NCBI GenBank assembly: GCA_937890005.1
Contig: CALBZA010000040.1
Location: forward strand, 4,434-68,433
DNA: 64,000 nucleotides
DNA from: an uncultured Verrucomicrobia subdivision 3 bacterium
Lineage (GTDB): Bacteria > Verrucomicrobiota > Verrucomicrobiia > Limisphaerales > DASXHY01
Reading direction: 5' to 3'
Positions 27,688 to 36,841 of the stretch are shown one piece after another. The notes under the pieces were generated by a model. It saw only the letters and a program-made list of their open reading frames with translations. It was not told the origin of the DNA and ran no database searches. A program made the position numbers and the translations under genes. Position 1 is the first letter of the stretch; each line of letters begins with the position of its first letter.

Positions 27688-27993
27688 CTAAACGTGCCGC
27701 AGGACCAGCGCAACGAGCGTGACGATGAGCATCATTCCGGCGGGCATGAATTTCCTGGTTTTTGCCAGCCGAATTCCGAACACCACGAGCAGGAGAGTCA
27801 TCACGACGTCCGCAATGCCGCGGGCGGCGGGAGGTGAAAGGAGATTGGGAATGGCCGTGAGAATCAGGACTGCGGCGAACGCCACCGACATGATGAGGGA
27901 CACCTGGCTCTTGCCCTTGAGGAAGCCGATCAGGCCGCCAATGATGAGCAGCACGATGTAAATCCACAGCACTTTGGTGGCGAAATCTTGCAT
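27688..27993 (-). CDS. TMEM14-family small membrane protein
   Basis: The 101-aa product has 4 predicted TM helices (IVLLIIGGLIGFLKG..., VAFAAVLILTAI, VVMTLLLVVFGIRL, MMLIVTLVALVL). The family call is from memory. Confidence 0.5.
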   Translation of the reverse strand: MQDFATKVLWIYIVLLIIGGLIGFLKGKSQVSLIMSVAFAAVLILTAIPNLLSPPAARGIADVVMTLLLVVFGIRLAKTRKFMPAGMMLIVTLVALVLRHV

Positions 27994-28008
27994 GGGGCGA
28001 AAGGTGCC

Positions 28009-28188
28009 TCAACCGGGCGCGACGTCCAAGCTCAGAATTTCCCCGTCCTCGCACTCCACCGTGACTTCAAAAGGCCGGCAGCAAACCTCGCAATCACTAG
28101 TGAACCGCTGGCTCGGCTGGTCGGTGTCGATGTTTACGGTCGATTCCTGGCCGCAGAACGGGCACTGGATGCTCTCGGGAATTTCCAC
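28009..28188 (-). CDS. CPXCG-motif cysteine-rich small protein (59 aa)
   Basis: This gene is absent from the ORF track, possibly because it falls under a length cutoff. From GTG 28188 it translates as VEIPESIQCPFCGQESTVNIDTDQPSQRFTSDCEVCCRPFEVTVECEDGEILSLDVAPG*. The CPFCG + CEVCC pairs suggest a zinc ribbon. It ends 15 nt upstream of the TMEM14 gene. Confidence 0.6.
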   Translation of the reverse strand: MEIPESIQCPFCGQESTVNIDTDQPSQRFTSDCEVCCRPFEVTVECEDGEILSLDVAPG

Positions 28189-28305
28189 GCCTCAGCAGTA
28201 CGCCTTGGGGCACTGCAATACAAGCGCGAGTTCCGTGCATGAAATGCGGATATTTGGACGATGGGGTTCTGGAATGGAATTTCCAAAAATGGAATTCTCA
28301 TTAAT

Positions 28306-28432
28306 ACCGTGCTTCAGCGCGGTGAAATTGGGTGAACACCAGAGCCGTTTCCAACGGCTCTGGCGAATGGAAGAAAAGCTGTTAAAACAGCTGAATTCCG
28401 CACCATTTCCGACACCCCGCTGAAGCGGTGGG
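28306..28432. repeat. MITE-like multi-hairpin intergenic repeat, family A, copy 2
   Basis: ACCGTGCttcaGCGCGGTG, CCAGAGCCGTTtccAACGGCTCTGG, AAAGCTGTTAAAACAGCTGA and CACCCCGCtgaaGCGGTGGG. The modules and their order match 11889-12019. Confidence 0.7.
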
Positions 28433-28479
28433 TAATGAAAGTGCGGCTCAGCGTTTCCGCAGGATTTCAGCACCTTTTG

Positions 28480-30234
28480 TCAGCGCAGCAGGAAAGGCTT
28501 CAATGGGTTTTCAACAAGGGCGTTTAATCCGGTCACCACACACTTCGCATTCAGCTCCGCTCCCGCTTTGCTCGTGTGCGTGTGTTCGTCTGCGAACAAC
28601 GATTCCACCGCGTCGCGTCCAAGTTCTTCGTAACGTTGGGCCACCTGTTCGTTCAGGTTTATGAATGCCACTCCTTCCGCTTGCGCCACCTGTTCGGCCC
28701 ATCCGGCATAACTGTCGTTGTTGCGGACGATCTTTCCATCTTTCCAGATTTTTCGCGGGACGAGTGAACAGAGAATGGGCGTCGCACCTTTTGCACGCGT
28801 CTCAGAGATGAATTGCCGCAAATACCAGCCGTAGGTGTGAACCGTTTCGCGCTTCTTCGTGAGGGGATTGTCGATCTCTTCAGCTTCGTCGCCGATGCCC
28901 TTGATGGTCCCGCGGGCGCGGCTGTTGTCTGCAAGCGGACCGTTGTCGTTGTGGCCGAATTGCATCATGACGTAATCGCCCTTCTTCACCATGGCGAGAA
29001 CGGCGGGCCACTGATTGTTGTAGAATGTCCGGCTGCTGGTGCCGCCGAGAGCGCGGTTCACCATGTTGATTTTCTTAAGATCAAAATGGGAACCGATAAA
29101 ATCTCCCCAGCCCCATTGGCCGCCCGCGCCGTCGCCACGGCCATTGCGAACGGTCGAGTCGCCGATCAAAAACAGGGTCGGATTTGACGGCGTGATGGGA
29201 CGCGGCAGGTTGGCAGATGCAGCTCGATCTGCGGCGATGGACCTGCCTTTGGGAGAAAGGAACTTGCCGATCGGATTGCTGCGAAGACCTCTCAAGCCGG
29301 CGATCACGGCTTGCGCGTGCAGATCGGCGCCGGCGGCGTTGAAGTGCGTATGATCTTTCGGATACAGCTCCTTCACGGCTTCCGGTCCCATGGCCTGATA
29401 TTTCTCCGCCATCATTTCGCTCAGATCGATGAATTGAACTCCCTCCGTGCGCGCGACTTCGCCGGCCCAAACGCCCCAGCTGCCGGAACCGCGTTCGATC
29501 TTTCCATCGCGCCAGATGTTTCTGAGCGTCAAGGAAAGCACGATCGGTGTGGCACCCCTGGCTTTCGTGTCGGCAATCATCTTGCGCAGATACCAGCCGT
29601 AGGTGTGAACGATCTCATGTTTCCTCGTGACGAGATTGTCGATCTCCTGGGTTTCGTCGCCAATGCCGCGAATCGATCCGCGGGCGCGCGACGTGTCGTT
29701 GATCGCGCCGGCATCGTTGTGACCGAATTGAATCAAAACAATGTCTCCGGGCTCCACCATCGCCATCAGTTCGTCCCAAAGGCCTTCGGTGATGAACGTT
29801 CGGCTGCTCCGTCCGCCCCGGGCGCGATTCACCACGTTGACTTTGTCTGAATCGAAATAGCTGCTGAACGGAACTGCCCAGCCCTGCTGCAGTTCTCCAG
29901 AGCCACGGGCGGCGGTGGAATCTCCGGCGATGAAAATCGTGGGGAGATTCGTGCGATTGGGAAGTGCGGTGGCGGGTGCGTTGGTTGCGAGATCGGGCGC
30001 GGGTGAAACGGTTGCTGAAATTTCAGAAGGTTTTTCAGACGACGACGCAGTTTGGCAGCCGCAGAGATTCACGACGAACGTGACGAGCAGCAATGTGAGA
30101 AAACTGCGGACCGCGTTCGAACCTGCAGCGATGTTTCGCAGCGAAGATTCTGTGTCGTCCGAATCGAAGAAGTATGTTCGTGTCGAGGAACTGTTCTGAT
30201 CTGAATCCTGCGGGCGGCAATCAATAATGCTCAT
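28480..30234 (-). CDS. tandem SGNH/GDSL esterase (two rhamnogalacturonan acetylesterase-like CE12 domains)
   Basis: There are two copies of the block (IFIAGDSTAA...VNRARGGRSSRTF...FGHNDAG and LFLIGDSTVR...VNRALGGTSSRTF...FGHNDNG). The lipobox-like LCGC lies after a long N-terminal region. The start ATG 30234 overlaps the PL11 stop (ATGA). Confidence 0.8.
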   Translation of the reverse strand: MSIIDCRPQDSDQNSSSTRTYFFDSDDTESSLRNIAAGSNAVRSFLTLLLVTFVVNLCGCQTASSSEKPSEISATVSPAPDLATNAPATALPNRTNLPTIFIAGDSTAARGSGELQQGWAVPFSSYFDSDKVNVVNRARGGRSSRTFITEGLWDELMAMVEPGDIVLIQFGHNDAGAINDTSRARGSIRGIGDETQEIDNLVTRKHEIVHTYGWYLRKMIADTKARGATPIVLSLTLRNIWRDGKIERGSGSWGVWAGEVARTEGVQFIDLSEMMAEKYQAMGPEAVKELYPKDHTHFNAAGADLHAQAVIAGLRGLRSNPIGKFLSPKGRSIAADRAASANLPRPITPSNPTLFLIGDSTVRNGRGDGAGGQWGWGDFIGSHFDLKKINMVNRALGGTSSRTFYNNQWPAVLAMVKKGDYVMMQFGHNDNGPLADNSRARGTIKGIGDEAEEIDNPLTKKRETVHTYGWYLRQFISETRAKGATPILCSLVPRKIWKDGKIVRNNDSYAGWAEQVAQAEGVAFINLNEQVAQRYEELGRDAVESLFADEHTHTSKAGAELNAKCVVTGLNALVENPLKPFLLR

Positions 30235-32225
30235 TTCTGATTTCGAGTCGTGATGATGTGCGGTCGTTTCGGCAGCGGCGCGGCTTCATCCAGATAGAAA
30301 CTCGGATGCGGCGGCTGATTGTAGCCGACGTTCTGCCAGGCGACGGCGCAACGATATTGCGGATCGTGCATGAGCGTGAACAGCCGATGCTTTGTCGGAA
30401 TCGTCGTCGTGTAGATCCGCAATTCTTTGTTGTCGAGTGTGCGCCAGATGATCTCCTCGCGCCAATCGCCAAAAATGTCGGCACTTAAAACTGGCGTCGC
30501 CTTGGTGCCGCCGATCGAGGTCAGTCCCTGTGCGACGAGGAGGATCGTCTCCGTGCCGTCTTCCCAGTTCCATTTCGAAACGTAATTGCGATCCAGCAGT
30601 TCACGCAGCAGGTCGCCATCCCACCAGACGGCGAAGTTGCACGAGCGTGGTGTGCGGTCGGAAATTTTTTTGCCGTTGGCATCGTAAAGACCGCGAATGC
30701 CCGCACCGAACGCCCAGGTTTCGTTTCCGGGATAACGTGGATCAATGTTGAACGAAGCGCCGCGGCCGGGGCCTTCTCCGGCATCGCCACCTTCGGTATC
30801 CGCCACCACGGATGGAATCAAAAAGATCGGACGTCCGGTGCGGGCATCGCGCACATTGATTCCTTCGCCCGCGAATCGTTCCTGAATGCTCATGACCTCA
30901 AGGCCGGGATTCGAAGGATTCAGATCGGAGACGTGCAATGCGTCGCCGTGGCCCCAGCCGGTCGAGTAAAGACCCTTGCCATTGTCGTCGATCACCGCGG
31001 CGCCATAGACGATTTCGTCCCGGCCATCGCCATCGACGTCCGCGACGCTGAGATTGTGATTCCCCTGACCGCGAAACTTTCGGTTCTCCGGTGATTCGTC
31101 GCTATCGAACACCCAGCGTTGTGTCAGTTTTCCATCGCGCCAATCCCAGGCCGCAAGGACGGTGCGACTGTAATAACCGCGGCACATGACCAGGCTTGGG
31201 TGTTTGCCGTCGAGGTACGCCACACACGCGAGATAACGTTCGGATCGATTGCCATTGCCGTCGCCCCAGATCGCGGCGAGTTCCTGGGACGTGGGATCGA
31301 GTTTGGAAGGGTGCCGGCCGGGAACATAGTTCGTGGTGAAAAGCGCCGCGCCGGTGAGGCCATCAAAGATGGTGAGATACTCCGGGCCGCTCAGGATTCG
31401 TCCCTGTTGATTCACGTGATTCGCGTTCGGATCTCCAATCACCTTGCCTGTGCCGTCCTTGGTTCCATCCGCAGTTTTGCAGGCGATTTCGGCGCGGCCA
31501 TCGCCATCGAGATCATAGACCATGAACTGCGTGTAATGTGCGCCGGCGCGAATGTTGGGGCCGAGGTTGATTTCCCAGAGCAACGTTCCGTCCAGCCGGT
31601 ACGCCTGAAGAATCGGCGGGTCGGTGACGCCATTGGCGCCGTTATCGCGGGCACGGCCGTTTTGCATCAGAACGATTTCGTATTCACCGTCGCCGTCCAG
31701 GTCGCCGACCGAACCGTCTCCAACGGTGTAACCCTCGATCTGTTTGATCGGGATGGAAATGTAGGGCAGTGGAAGCGCTCCGGCCGGAAGAGTGAATGCC
31801 GCGCTGGGTTCGCCTTCAACGCCGTTGACCACAGGTCGAACCGTGTAGGAAGTGCGACCCGAGAGATTGGCGGTGGTGTCGATGAACCATGTGGGGCCGG
31901 TGAGCGGTTCGTTGTTCAGCTTGAACGGCATGTTGAAGGCCGGTGCGTTCGTGAATAAACGCCGTCCCTGTCCGCCCCCAAAACGTCCGAATCCGCGTCC
32001 CGGCGGCGGCTCGCTTCTACGATACACATTGAAGGCGGTTCCTTCCGGATCGGTGCCAAGGAGCCGCCAGCTGATGAAGACTTTTCCGTCCGGCTGATGG
32101 ACCGCCACGACGCCGCGACCGAGATTCTCCATTTGCCTCTGAGCGAGAGTCCGGCTGGACAGAAGCACGAAGGCAACGAGGAGAAATCGTCCGAGACTTC
32201 GTCCCGAATTCAAGTGTGATGACAT
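30231..32225 (-). CDS. rhamnogalacturonan lyase, PL11 (YesW/YesX-like beta-propeller)
   Basis: I trimmed the track start of 32306 to ATG 32225, which begins a signal peptide. The repeated Ca-binding blades GDLDGDGEYEIVL, YDLDGDGRAEIA and ADVDGDGRDEIVYG, plus the overall length, fit PL11. Confidence 0.8.
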   Translation of the reverse strand: MSSHLNSGRSLGRFLLVAFVLLSSRTLAQRQMENLGRGVVAVHQPDGKVFISWRLLGTDPEGTAFNVYRRSEPPPGRGFGRFGGGQGRRLFTNAPAFNMPFKLNNEPLTGPTWFIDTTANLSGRTSYTVRPVVNGVEGEPSAAFTLPAGALPLPYISIPIKQIEGYTVGDGSVGDLDGDGEYEIVLMQNGRARDNGANGVTDPPILQAYRLDGTLLWEINLGPNIRAGAHYTQFMVYDLDGDGRAEIACKTADGTKDGTGKVIGDPNANHVNQQGRILSGPEYLTIFDGLTGAALFTTNYVPGRHPSKLDPTSQELAAIWGDGNGNRSERYLACVAYLDGKHPSLVMCRGYYSRTVLAAWDWRDGKLTQRWVFDSDESPENRKFRGQGNHNLSVADVDGDGRDEIVYGAAVIDDNGKGLYSTGWGHGDALHVSDLNPSNPGLEVMSIQERFAGEGINVRDARTGRPIFLIPSVVADTEGGDAGEGPGRGASFNIDPRYPGNETWAFGAGIRGLYDANGKKISDRTPRSCNFAVWWDGDLLRELLDRNYVSKWNWEDGTETILLVAQGLTSIGGTKATPVLSADIFGDWREEIIWRTLDNKELRIYTTTIPTKHRLFTLMHDPQYRCAVAWQNVGYNQPPHPSFYLDEAAPLPKRPHIITTRNQK

Positions 32226-32374
32226 GGGCTGTTCGACGACGAATCGCCGGAAAAGGTTGCGGACAGACATGCCGCCAAAACTGATGAATTCCGAGGGCCG
32301 GAGCAATCGATGTTTCAGTCAGTTTTTTCAATTCGGCTTTTCCGGCCCGGTCAGTATTCTCCGGCTATCAGACC

Positions 32375-35300
32375 ATGAACAACGCCAATACGACGGAACC
32401 GTCGCAGTCATCGCTGAAAGGATTCTGGAGCCTGTTCGTTACGCAGTTTCAGGGGGCGTTCAGTGATAATGTTTTCAAGTTCCTGGTAATATTTTTCATC
32501 ACCAGCACCATGCCGCCCGAGCAGCGGGACAAGATGATTTCCCTCACGCTCGCCCTGTTCGCGCTGCCGTTCGTGCTCTTTTCGATGGCTGGCGGTTATT
32601 TCGCTGATCGTTTCAGCAAACGATCCGCGATCGTTTGGATCAAGGTGGCGGAAGTGGGAATCATGTCTTTGGGGCTGATAGGGTTTTGGTTGGGGAACAT
32701 TCCGTTGTTGTTGGGCGTGATTTTCCTGATGAGTGTTCAAAGCGCCTTTTTCGGTCCGGCGAAATATGGATCACTTCCCGAGTTGCTGACGGAGAAGAGG
32801 CTTTCATGGGGGAATGGAGTTCTAAGTCTGGGAACTTTCATGGCGATCATTACCGGTGGCATTACGGCCGGATTGATGCACACGTTTCTGGGCGATCATC
32901 GCTATCTCTTCGGCATTCTGCTGGTAGTGCTGGCAGGGGCAGGTCTGCTCGCGAGTCTGGGAATTCCAAAGATTCCCGCTGCCAACCCGTCGAAACGGCT
33001 TCAGTTGAATCCGCTCGGAGATGTTTGGCTCAACCTCAAGCTGGTGGGCAAGGATCGCGTGCTCGCACTGGCCATCGCGGGCAGCACCTATTTTTGGTTC
33101 ATCGGTGCGCTGTTCGGCGAACCGACGGTTTTGATCTACAGCCAGGATATCCTCCGGCTGCAAGAAGATCAGATCATGTATCTGCGTGCGGGAATGGCTG
33201 TGGGAATTGGGCTGGGCAGCCTCGCCGCCGGATTTCTGTCAGGAAAAAAGATCGAATACGGTCTGGTCCCGTTGGGAGCATTTGGTCTGTCAATCTGTGC
33301 GGCGCTGTTGGGCATTCTCAAGCTCAGCCCGGTGGGTGCCGGCGTGGTGCTTGGTCTGTTGGGATTCGCCGGAGGATTCTTCATCGTGCCGATCAATGCG
33401 CTGATTCAGCATCGGCCTGATTCGCGAAATAAAGGATCGGTTGTTGCCACCAATCTCTGGCTCTCGGCGGTCGGAGTGTTTCTTGCATCCGGTGCGTTCT
33501 GGTTGTTACGAACAGTTTTGAATCTGGAGCCGACAACGATCTTCATTGTTGGCGCGATCGTTACTGCAGTCGGCACCGCCTACGCCGTCAAACTGGTTCC
33601 CGATTCGCTGCTGCGTTTCCTGCTCTGGTGTGCGGTTCACACGATCTATCGCGTGCGGGTCATGGGGCGCGACAACATTCCTTCCAAGGGCGGCGCGTTG
33701 TTCGTCTGCAATCACGTGTCGTTCGTCGATGCCGTCCTGATGCTCGCGTCCACCGACCGGCAGGTGAGGTTCATCATGTTCAAGGGAAATTACGAACAGT
33801 CGTTCATCAGGCCGTTCGCGAAGATTCTCGGCGTGATCCCAATCTCCTCGGAACAGCGGCCTCGGGAAATGATCAAGTCGCTTCAGACGGCAAGTGATGC
33901 GATCCGCGCCGGCGAAGTGGTTTGCATTTTCGCCGAAGGACAAATCACGCGCGTCGGACATCTGCTGCCGTTCCGTCGCGGATTTGAACGCATCATGAAG
34001 GATCTCGACGCCCCGATCATTCCGGTCGGAATCGACGGCGTGTGGGGCAGCATCTTCAGTTTCAACAAGGGACGATTCCTCTGGAAGTTGCCAAGGCGGC
34101 TGCCGTATCCGATCACCATCAATTACGGAAAGCCGCTGCCGTCAACGGCAAGTCCGATGGAAGTGCGTTCCCGCGTGCAGGAGCTGCTTGTTGAAGCGTG
34201 GCAGGAGCGAAAGGCCCGGATGCGTCCGTTGCCGATCGCGCTGGTGAACACTGCGAGAAAATATCCGTTCCGCGTCGCGATGGCCGATGCGCAGGGCGCG
34301 AAGCTGAACTTCATTTCTGTGCTGATCCGTTCGGTGCTGATTGCGCGTCGGATGCGGAAGATCTGGGCGGGCCAGAAGATGGTCGGCCTTTTGTTGCCGC
34401 CGTCTCCCGGTGGCGCGCTCGTGAATTACGCAGCCCTGCTGCTGGGCAGGGTGCCGGTTAATTTGAACTACACCGTGTCGGAAGAAACGCTTGCGTCCTG
34501 CATCCGGCAATGCGGCATTCAAACGGTCGTCAGTTCCAGAACGTTCCTCACCAAAGTGAAACTGAAAGTTCCCTGCGAACTGGTGTTGCTGGAGGAAGTG
34601 ATGGGACTTGGAACGCAGGGGACGGAGGCAGCGCAAACATCATCATCAGCACCGGCAGGTTCAACGGAAATTCAAACGGCGGAGATTTCTCAGGTTGTGA
34701 CATCGGAAAACCGTCGTCCGGGATTGTTTGAAAAACTTGCTGCGATTCTGATCGCGGTGTGTGTGCCGGATCGATGGATTCAACGTGTGGTTGGCGCGGA
34801 GGAGAAATCGAAACTGGATGACCTTGTGACTGTCATTTTTTCCAGCGGCAGCACAGGCGATCCAAAAGGCGTGATGCTGAGCCACTACAACGTGGGTTCA
34901 AACGTCGAGCAGCTGGAACAGGTGTTTGGACTGAATCCGAACGACCGGCTGCTGGGCATCCTTCCGTTCTTCCATTCATTCGGATTCATGGGAACGCTCA
35001 CATTGCCCGCGATGCTCGGTGTGGGCGTGGCGTATCATCCGAATCCGCTCGATGGAAAAACGATCGGCCAGTTGGTGCGCGATCATAAACTGACTTTCCT
35101 GCTCGCGACGCCGACGTTCCTGCAGATCTACATGCGCGGCTGCGGCGGTGACGATTTTGGAAGTTTGCGTGTGGTGATGACGGGCGCGGAAAAACTTCCC
35201 GATCGCCTGGCGGCCGCGTTCGAGGAGCAGTTCGGCATCCGGCCGCTGGAAGGTTATGGCTGCACCGAATGCGCGCCCGCGGTTGCAGTGAATACACTGG

Positions 35301-35935
35301 ATTTTCGTTCCGCAGGATTTCGTCAGATTGGCGGCAAGCGCGGAAAGATCGGTCATCCGTTGCCGGGCGTTTCTGTTCGAATTGTGGATCCTCAAACAAT
35401 GCAACCGATGCCGATGGGGCAGCCGGGCTTGATGTTGGTGAAGGGGCCGAATGTGATGCAGGGCTATTTGGGCAAGCCGGAAAAGTCGGCTGAAGTGCTG
35501 ATCACGGATGGCGAAGGCGACGCGCCGTGGTATGTCACCGGCGACATTGCAGCGATCGATGAAGATGGTTTCCTGCAGATCACTGATCGTCTCAGCCGAT
35601 TCTCCAAGATCGGCGGTGAGATGGTGCCGCACATCAAGATTGAGGAGAAGTTGCACGAACTTTCGGCGGCGACGGAGCAGACGTTTGTGGTGGCGGGAGT
35701 GCCGGACGAGAAGAAGGGGGAACGTCTCATCGTGCTGCACAAGTTGACTGCGGAAAAACTTCAGCCGGTTCTCGACAAGCTTGGTCAGTCTGAACTGCCG
35801 AATCTTTGGAAGCCCCGCGCAGATCAGTTTTTTCAGGTCGAAGCGTTTCCATATCTGGGAACCGGCAAGCTCGACCTGCGAAAGATCAAGGAACTGGCGT
35901 CGCAATTGAGCGGCGCGGTTCCAGCCACGGTCTGA
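32375..35935 (+). CDS. aas: acyl-[ACP]--phospholipid O-acyltransferase: LplT-like MFS + PlsC acyltransferase + Aas acyl-ACP synthetase fusion
   Basis: The N-terminal ~400 aa are a polytopic MFS domain. CNHVSFVDAVL is the HX4D acyltransferase motif. FSSGSTGDPKGVMLSH and GYGCTE are AMP-binding motifs. Confidence 0.85.
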   Translation: MNNANTTEPSQSSLKGFWSLFVTQFQGAFSDNVFKFLVIFFITSTMPPEQRDKMISLTLALFALPFVLFSMAGGYFADRFSKRSAIVWIKVAEVGIMSLGLIGFWLGNIPLLLGVIFLMSVQSAFFGPAKYGSLPELLTEKRLSWGNGVLSLGTFMAIITGGITAGLMHTFLGDHRYLFGILLVVLAGAGLLASLGIPKIPAANPSKRLQLNPLGDVWLNLKLVGKDRVLALAIAGSTYFWFIGALFGEPTVLIYSQDILRLQEDQIMYLRAGMAVGIGLGSLAAGFLSGKKIEYGLVPLGAFGLSICAALLGILKLSPVGAGVVLGLLGFAGGFFIVPINALIQHRPDSRNKGSVVATNLWLSAVGVFLASGAFWLLRTVLNLEPTTIFIVGAIVTAVGTAYAVKLVPDSLLRFLLWCAVHTIYRVRVMGRDNIPSKGGALFVCNHVSFVDAVLMLASTDRQVRFIMFKGNYEQSFIRPFAKILGVIPISSEQRPREMIKSLQTASDAIRAGEVVCIFAEGQITRVGHLLPFRRGFERIMKDLDAPIIPVGIDGVWGSIFSFNKGRFLWKLPRRLPYPITINYGKPLPSTASPMEVRSRVQELLVEAWQERKARMRPLPIALVNTARKYPFRVAMADAQGAKLNFISVLIRSVLIARRMRKIWAGQKMVGLLLPPSPGGALVNYAALLLGRVPVNLNYTVSEETLASCIRQCGIQTVVSSRTFLTKVKLKVPCELVLLEEVMGLGTQGTEAAQTSSSAPAGSTEIQTAEISQVVTSENRRPGLFEKLAAILIAVCVPDRWIQRVVGAEEKSKLDDLVTVIFSSGSTGDPKGVMLSHYNVGSNVEQLEQVFGLNPNDRLLGILPFFHSFGFMGTLTLPAMLGVGVAYHPNPLDGKTIGQLVRDHKLTFLLATPTFLQIYMRGCGGDDFGSLRVVMTGAEKLPDRLAAAFEEQFGIRPLEGYGCTECAPAVAVNTLDFRSAGFRQIGGKRGKIGHPLPGVSVRIVDPQTMQPMPMGQPGLMLVKGPNVMQGYLGKPEKSAEVLITDGEGDAPWYVTGDIAAIDEDGFLQITDRLSRFSKIGGEMVPHIKIEEKLHELSAATEQTFVVAGVPDEKKGERLIVLHKLTAEKLQPVLDKLGQSELPNLWKPRADQFFQVEAFPYLGTGKLDLRKIKELASQLSGAVPATV

Positions 35936-36841
35936 CGCATTTCGACCAGTCGTGCAAATTGTGCGCGACGTGGCTGCGCAAAGTGAAACGCTTTGCGCAC
36001 CTGCTGCGGCGTGGTTTGGCGCGATTCGTTTTCTTTCGCCGTGTTTTCATGGGGAATTCACATTCCCGTCATCGTGTTGTCACTATCGGCTCGAACTATG
36101 CTTGGAAATTGTAAAGGCGTTTTGGAAATGCCTTTGAATAAAGTCTCGGCCGAAAGGTCGAAGCTACAGTGGAAAGGGCAAGTATGAAGTCGATCATGGT
36201 GACGTATCCGTATTTTCAATCGCTGCCGAAGGGCGTCAAAATGATGCTCCTCGCATCGGAGAATTATTTCTTCAGCGAGGCTGGTTCAATGAGCAGCGAT
36301 TGTCGCGACCGGCTGTATCGAAGCAGCATCTCGATGCAGCCGCGGCCGTGGAGCGCGGTGGGTGCGCGTCCGATGAGCCTCGCAGACGCGCGGGCGCGGG
36401 TGATCTAGAGGAAGGGGAATCGGGCCAATAATTGCGCAAGGCTGGACAAAACAGGTGGAGCGCAGTCAGTCGTCGTAACGCATCTTCCACCAAAAAGCCC
36501 GTCAGGGCGGAAAGGTGTTGAGCTATGAACGATCGAAAGACGAGAGAAGTACGCAGGACAGCAACCGCCCGGAGCCTCAAGCTGGAACGCGTGCAATGCA
36601 ATGGCATGCAGCATATCGCTTTCAGAGATTCCAGTGGTGCATTGCGGGATTATTCCACGGGCGCGTATCTTCAAAATGCAGTGGGCATCGCGCCGTTGGC
36701 GGTCTCATATTTCTTCTGAATGAGATCGTCGAAAGCGCGGGACGTTTCGTTGATTCAAATCAATCGTGAGCGCTTGGGGGATTGATCAGCTGCATTGTGG
36801 TTGAGATGAACTTGAGTCACGAAGCGTCCCGGCCGAGAAAG

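Noticed and set aside
36184-36408. A 74-aa ORF (MKSIMVTYPYFQSLPKGVKMMLLASENYFFSEA...).
   Set aside because: It has no recognisable family, no clear ribosome-binding site, and an Arg/Ser-rich C-terminal half that looks non-coding. I did not list it as a feature and mention it only under the gap finding.
36405-36841. I looked for a possible RNase P RNA, tmRNA, SRP RNA or 6S RNA in the large gap.
   Set aside because: I could not find the conserved blocks on either strand: GAGGAAAGUCCGGGC and ACAGAAxCCGGCUUA for RNase P, a tRNA-like 3' end plus tag ORF for tmRNA, or GGUGCUGUUUACCAGG..GGAAGCAGCC for SRP. I left the region as an open question, not a call.
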